From Phaeospirillum sp. (lineage in GTDB: Bacteria; Pseudomonadota; Alphaproteobacteria; Rhodospirillales; Magnetospirillaceae): 64,000 nt of DNA. The number at the start of each line of letters is the position of its first letter. Positions within the stretch are counted from its first letter, which is position 1. Where the stretch lies: positions 35,380 through 99,379 of the forward strand of contig JAVBXM010000015.1 of NCBI GenBank assembly GCA_030824585.1, read 5' to 3'. The notes under the pieces were generated by a model that saw only the letters and a program-made list of their open reading frames with translations, was not told the origin of the DNA and did no database searches. Both the position numbers and the translations under genes were made by a program. Of the stretch, positions 59,311 to 64,000 are shown piece by piece.

Positions 59311-59964
59311 TTACTTCACCGCGTCCAGAATCCCTTCAAGGGCCTTGGTCACGTCGGCAATGTCCAGGGTGCCGTCGACCAGCTTCAACGAGCCCTTCTT
59401 GTCGTAATAGGGCAGCAGCGGAGCGGTCTGGGCGTGATAGGCGTCGAGGCGCTTGGTCACGGTGTCGACATTGTCGTCCGGACGGCGAGCGAACTCGGTG
59501 CCGCCGCAGGAATCGCATTGACCTGCGACCTTGGGCAGCTGGAACTTGTCGTGGTAGCCGGCACCGCACTTGGCGCAGGTATAGCGGCCGGTGATGCGCT
59601 CGACGATATAGGCGTCGGGGACGCGGATCTCGATGGCGAAATCCAGCTTCTTGCCCTTCTTGGCCATCATGGCGTCGAGAGCCTCGGCCTGGGCCACGGT
59701 ACGGGGGAAACCGTCGAAGATGGCGCCCTTGGCCACGTCGGGCTGGTCCAGGCGCTCATCGATGATGGCGATGACGATCTCGTCGGACACCAGTTGGCCC
59801 GCGTCCATCACGGCCTTGGCCTTCTTGCCCACTTCGGAGCCGGAAGCCACGGCGGCGCGCAGCATGTCGCCGGTGGACAGCTGGATCAGGCCATACTTGT
59901 CCTGAAGACGCTTGGCCTGGGTTCCCTTGCCGCCACCCGGCGGGCCCAACAGAACGAGATTCAT
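59311..59964 (-). CDS. adk: Adenylate kinase (Cys4 lid variant)
   Basis: MNLVLLGPPGGGKGTQAKRL P-loop. The lid carries CAKCG...CDSCGG. ATG at 59964. Confidence 0.95.
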   Translation of the reverse strand: MNLVLLGPPGGGKGTQAKRLQDKYGLIQLSTGDMLRAAVASGSEVGKKAKAVMDAGQLVSDEIVIAIIDERLDQPDVAKGAIFDGFPRTVAQAEALDAMMAKKGKKLDFAIEIRVPDAYIVERITGRYTCAKCGAGYHDKFQLPKVAGQCDSCGGTEFARRPDDNVDTVTKRLDAYHAQTAPLLPYYDKKGSLKLVDGTLDIADVTKALEGILDAVK

Positions 59965-59989
59965 CGGATGTCCCCTCTTTTCTTGGCAG

Positions 59990-61333
59990 TTAACGCCGCC
60001 CGCGCAGCCGGGACTTCTTGATGAGTCCCTCGTACTGGTGCGCAAGCAGATGCGACTGAACCTGAGCCACGGTGTCCATGGTCACCGACACCACGATCAG
60101 CAGCGAGGTGCCGCCAAAGTAGAACGGCACCGAGAACTTGCTGATCAGCAGCTCCGGCAGGATGGACAGGGCCGACAGATAGGCGGCGCCCACCACGGTC
60201 AACCGGGTCAGGACGTAGTCGAGATAATCGGAGGTATTCTTGCCCGGACGGATACCCGGGACGAAACCGCCGTACTTCTTCAGGTTCTCGGCGGTATCCA
60301 CCGGATTGAACACCACGGCGGTATAGAAGAACGAGAAGAAGACGATCAGGCCGAGATACAGCGCGATGTACAGCGGCTGGCCACGGCCCATCAGGGCGGT
60401 GAAGGTGGTCAGCCACTCGGGCCCGCCGGCGGCGGTGAACTGCGCGATGGTCACCGGCATCAGCAGGATGGAGCTGGCGAAGATCGGCGGAATCACGCCC
60501 GAGGTGTTGACCTTGAGCGGCAGGTGCGACGACTCGCCGCCGAACATCTTGTTGCCCACCTGGCGCTTCGGATACTGGACGATGATCCGCCGCTGGGCGC
60601 GCTCCATGAAGACGATGAAGGCGATGACCGCGATGCTCATGATCAGGATGCCGAGGATCACCAGCACGGGGAGCGCGCCGGTGCGGCCCAGCTCCAGGGT
60701 GTTGCTGATGGCCGACGGCAGCTCGGCGACGATGCCGGCCATGATGATCAGCGAGGTGCCCTGGCCGATGCCGCGCGCCGTGATCTGCTCGCCCAGCCAC
60801 ATCAGGAACAGGGTGCCGCCGGTCAGCGTCACCACGGTCGAGAAGCGGAACAGCAGATGGCTTTCCATCATTACCGCGCTGCCGCGCGAACTGGTCATGC
60901 TCTCGAGACCGACGGCGATGCCATAGGCCTGCATCACCGCGATGACCACGGTGAGATAGCGGGTGTACTGGTTGATCTTCTTGCGCCCGGCCTCGCCTTC
61001 CTTCTTCACCGCTTCCAGCGACGGGACGACCGTGGTCATCAGCTGCAGGATGATGGAGGCCGAGATGTACGGCATGATGTTGAGCGCGAAGATGGTCATG
61101 CGGCTCAGGGCGCCGCCGGCCAGCATGTCGAACATGCCGAGCATGCCGCCGCCCGCCTGCTTGAACAGGTCGCCGAGCACATGCGGATCGACGCCCGGCA
61201 TGGGAATCCAGGTGCCCAGGCGGTAGACGACCAGCGCCAACAGGGTGAACCAGATGCGCTTCTTGAGATCGGTGGCCTTGGCGAGAACGCCAAAGTTCAG
61301 ATTCGCGGCGAGCTGCTCGGCAGCGGAGGCCAT
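59990..61333 (-). CDS. secY: Preprotein translocase subunit SecY
   Basis: 447 aa with 10 TM helices, ...LKKRIWFTLLALVVYRLGTWIPMPGV. Confidence 0.97.
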   Translation of the reverse strand: MASAAEQLAANLNFGVLAKATDLKKRIWFTLLALVVYRLGTWIPMPGVDPHVLGDLFKQAGGGMLGMFDMLAGGALSRMTIFALNIMPYISASIILQLMTTVVPSLEAVKKEGEAGRKKINQYTRYLTVVIAVMQAYGIAVGLESMTSSRGSAVMMESHLLFRFSTVVTLTGGTLFLMWLGEQITARGIGQGTSLIIMAGIVAELPSAISNTLELGRTGALPVLVILGILIMSIAVIAFIVFMERAQRRIIVQYPKRQVGNKMFGGESSHLPLKVNTSGVIPPIFASSILLMPVTIAQFTAAGGPEWLTTFTALMGRGQPLYIALYLGLIVFFSFFYTAVVFNPVDTAENLKKYGGFVPGIRPGKNTSDYLDYVLTRLTVVGAAYLSALSILPELLISKFSVPFYFGGTSLLIVVSVTMDTVAQVQSHLLAHQYEGLIKKSRLRGRR

Positions 61334-61417
61334 GCCTTACTCCGGGGTTCGGTGGCGGGGGGCGGGGATGCCCCGTTCCGGGACACGGCACCGCACCACA
61401 AATCCTTGATCCAGCCC

Positions 61418-61431
61418 TTGACCCGGGTCAA
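61418..61431. promoter_or_regulatory. Perfect palindrome TTGAC-CCGG-GTCAA (FNR/CRP-family consensus-like) between rplO and secY
   Basis: 14-bp perfect palindrome about 85-98 bp upstream of the secY ATG. A TTGAT half-site-like pentamer also lies at 61406-61410. Confidence 0.3.
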
Positions 61432-61508
61432 CCGACCCGGGCCAGGGATTCGACGCGCGAAGGGCGAGAGGAGCCTTGGCGGCCCCTCCACTCCTCAGCT
61501 TCGGGCCT

Positions 61509-61988
61509 TCAGCCCTCGGCGGAAGCCTTGGGCGCGGCCACGGTGACCGAGCCACCGGCCTTCTCGACGGCGGCGATGGCCGCGGCCGAGGCGCCGGTCA
61601 CCTCGATGGTGACCTTGGCCTTGATCTCGCCATGGCCCAGCAGGCGCACGCCGTCCAGCACCTTGCCGATCAGGCCGGCGGCCGCCAGGGCCTCGGCGTT
61701 GATGGTCTGCTTGGCGTCGATGCGCTTCTCGTCGATCGCCTTCTGCAGGCGGCCGAGATTGATCACGGCGAAGTGCTTGGCGTTCGGGTTGTGGAACCCG
61801 CGCTTGGGCAGACGACGGTAGATGGGCATCTGACCGCCTTCGAAGCCGTTGATCGCCACGCCGGTGCGCGAGGTCTGACCCTTCACGCCCTTGCCCGAAG
61901 TCTTGCCCTTGCCGGAGCCGATGCCACGGCCGAGACGCTTCGACTGATAGCGCGCGCCCTCGTTGTCGCGAAGTTCGTTGAGCTTCAT
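61509..61988 (-). CDS. rplO: 50S ribosomal protein L15
   Basis: [34 protein letters not shown]. Confidence 0.97.
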   Translation of the reverse strand: MKLNELRDNEGARYQSKRLGRGIGSGKGKTSGKGVKGQTSRTGVAINGFEGGQMPIYRRLPKRGFHNPNAKHFAVINLGRLQKAIDEKRIDAKQTINAEALAAAGLIGKVLDGVRLLGHGEIKAKVTIEVTGASAAAIAAVEKAGGSVTVAAPKASAEG

Positions 61989-62044
61989 TTCTTTTCGTCC
62001 TCGTCACGGTCGGCCGGAGCTTAACGCCCCGGCCCCCGGATGTT

Positions 62045-62248
62045 CTAGTCTTCCACGCGCACCAGGTGGCGGACCTTGGTGATCATGCCGCGCACCGCCG
62101 GAGTATCCTCCAGCTCGCGGGTGCGGTGCATCTTGCCCAGGCCCAGGCCGATCAGAGTGGCACCCTGGTCGGCCGGACGGCCGATCGGGCTACCGATCTG
62201 AGTGACCTTGACGGTCGACTTGGCGGCGGTCTTCTGCTTGGCGGCCAT
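62045..62248 (-). CDS. rpmD: 50S ribosomal protein L30
   Basis: 67 aa, ...[44 protein letters not shown]. Confidence 0.93.
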   Translation of the reverse strand: MAAKQKTAAKSTVKVTQIGSPIGRPADQGATLIGLGLGKMHRTRELEDTPAVRGMITKVRHLVRVED

Positions 62249-62265
62249 GTTTAATGTCCTCCCGA

Positions 62266-62898
62266 TCAAGCGCCGGCGGCGGCCGCGGCGGCGGCACCGT
62301 CGCGACGACCGATGATCTCGCCCACCTTCTTGCCGCGCTTGGCGGCAACGTGGCGGGGAGAAGCCAGGTTGATCAGGGCATCGAAGGTCGCCTTGATCAT
62401 GTTGTGCGGGTTGGAGGTGCCGAGGCACTTGGCCACGACGTCCTGGACACCCATGGTCTCGAACACGGCGCGCATCGGGCCGCCGGCGATGATGCCGGTA
62501 CCGGCCGGGGCGGCCCGCAGGATGACGCGGCCGGCACCGAAGTGGCCGAAGGCGTCATGATGCAGGGTACGACCCTCGCGCAGAGCGATCTTGATCATGT
62601 TGCGCTTGGCCTGTTCGGTGGCCTTGCGGATGGCTTCCGGAACTTCGCGGGCCTTGCCCGAACCGCAACCGACGCGGCCCTTGGCGTCACCCACCACGAC
62701 CAGAGCGGCGAAGGCGAAGCGACGGCCACCCTTCACCACCTTGGCGACGCGGTTGATGTGAACCAGCTTGTCGACGAATTCAGATTCCTCGCGCTCGCGC
62801 GGGGTCTGCTCGGCGCCGCCGCGACCGCGGTTCGGCCGATCGCCGCGTTCACCGCCGCGGCCGCGATCGGGACGATCAGAAGAGGGAGTACGTGCCAT
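62266..62898 (-). CDS. rpsE: 30S ribosomal protein S5 (Arg/Gly-rich N-terminal extension)
   Basis: ...[26 protein letters not shown]... Confidence 0.96.
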   Translation of the reverse strand: MARTPSSDRPDRGRGGERGDRPNRGRGGAEQTPREREESEFVDKLVHINRVAKVVKGGRRFAFAALVVVGDAKGRVGCGSGKAREVPEAIRKATEQAKRNMIKIALREGRTLHHDAFGHFGAGRVILRAAPAGTGIIAGGPMRAVFETMGVQDVVAKCLGTSNPHNMIKATFDALINLASPRHVAAKRGKKVGEIIGRRDGAAAAAAAGA

Positions 62899-62910
62899 TG
62901 CTCATCATCC

Positions 62911-63273
62911 TCAGAAAGACAGGCCGCCTTCGCGGGCCGCATCGGCCAGGGCCTTGACCCGGCCGTGGAACATGTAGCCGCCGCGGTCGAACACCACCTC
63001 GGTGATGCCGGCCGCCTTGGCCCGCTCGGCGATCAGCTTGCCGACGGCGGCCGCAGCCCCCTTGTCGGCGCCGGTCTTCAAATTGCCCTTCAGCTCCTTG
63101 TCGAGCGTCGAGGCGGCGGCCAGGGTGACGCCATTGAGGTCGTCGATCACCTGGACGTAGATATTCTTGCCGGAGCGGAAGACGGACAGACGGATACGAC
63201 CGTTGCCCTTCTCCTTGATGCTCTGGCGGGCGCGCCGCTTGCGGCGCTCGAAAAGCTTCTTCGGCGTCATCAT
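62911..63273 (-). CDS. rplR: 50S ribosomal protein L18
   Basis: ...[18 protein letters not shown]...[28 protein letters not shown]. Confidence 0.96.
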   Translation of the reverse strand: MMTPKKLFERRKRRARQSIKEKGNGRIRLSVFRSGKNIYVQVIDDLNGVTLAAASTLDKELKGNLKTGADKGAAAAVGKLIAERAKAAGITEVVFDRGGYMFHGRVKALADAAREGGLSF

Positions 63274-63284
63274 GGCGGAGCCCC

Positions 63285-63818
<534 letters not shown>

Positions 63819-63832
63819 GTTGCGGCCCTCCG

Positions 63833-64000
63833 TTAGAACACTTCGCAGAGGACTTCGCCGCCGACGTTCTGAGTGCGAGCCTCAGAGTCGGACATGACGC
63901 CGCGCGGGGTCGAGAGGATGGTGATCCCCAGCCCGTTGGCGACGCGGCGAAGGTCGGCGATCTTGGAATACACGCGGCGGCCGGGAGTGGACACGCGCGA
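63833..64000 (-). CDS. rpsH: 30S ribosomal protein S8 (3' part; gene runs off the window)
   Basis: Hand translation gives ...[33 protein letters not shown]. Stop TAA at 63833-63835. Confidence 0.9.
   Translation of the reverse strand, partial: SRVSTPGRRVYSKIADLRRVANGLGITILSTPRGVMSDSEARTQNVGGEVLCEVF

Overview
This is a high-GC (about 65%) chromosomal window that looks alphaproteobacterial. All gene identities come from motif recognition, since no searches could be run. The gene content resembles Magnetospirillum/Rhodospirillales, which is an inference from memory only.

Layout, left to right:
- **258-11035:** a minus-strand glycogen block (glgB, glgX, malQ, glgP). Two small two-gene cassettes sit inside it: Phd/ParE and DUF4160/DUF2442.
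- **11.2-20 kb:** two chemoreceptors, an AT-rich island, and one copy of a structured repeat of about 140 bp. The same stretch holds a minus-strand run of DUF898, M48 peptidase, msrP, msrQ and a secreted protein.
- **20-36.4 kb:** the centrepiece, a clade-II (Wolinella-like, Sec-type) nitrous-oxide reductase cluster. Its order is nosZ, two dihaem cytochromes c, nosB-like, nosD, nosG, nosH, nosF, nosL, nosY, with no nosR or nosX. Through overlapping stop/start codons it runs directly into ubiE/menG, menA and a BASS-family transporter. On the other side of nosZ lies a copper-delivery set (Sco1, TlpA, PCuAC, DUF2946).
- **36.5-41.7 kb:** haemerythrin, a coupled cNMP-EAL / CZB-GGDEF pair, and an orphan PAS histidine kinase.
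- **41.7-48.3 kb:** ygiQ and hpnN-hpnK-hpnL.
- **48.4-56.6 kb:** the second, inverted repeat copy, an Aer-like PAS chemoreceptor, and housekeeping genes.
- **56.6-64 kb:** the distal ribosomal spc/alpha operons (rpsH to rplQ).

No rRNA, tRNA, CRISPR, transposase or integrase was seen. The observations most worth follow-up are the coupling of nos to menaquinone genes, the dispersed MITE-like element that supplies stop codons to neighbouring genes, the AT-rich island, and the cassettes embedded in the glycogen operon.
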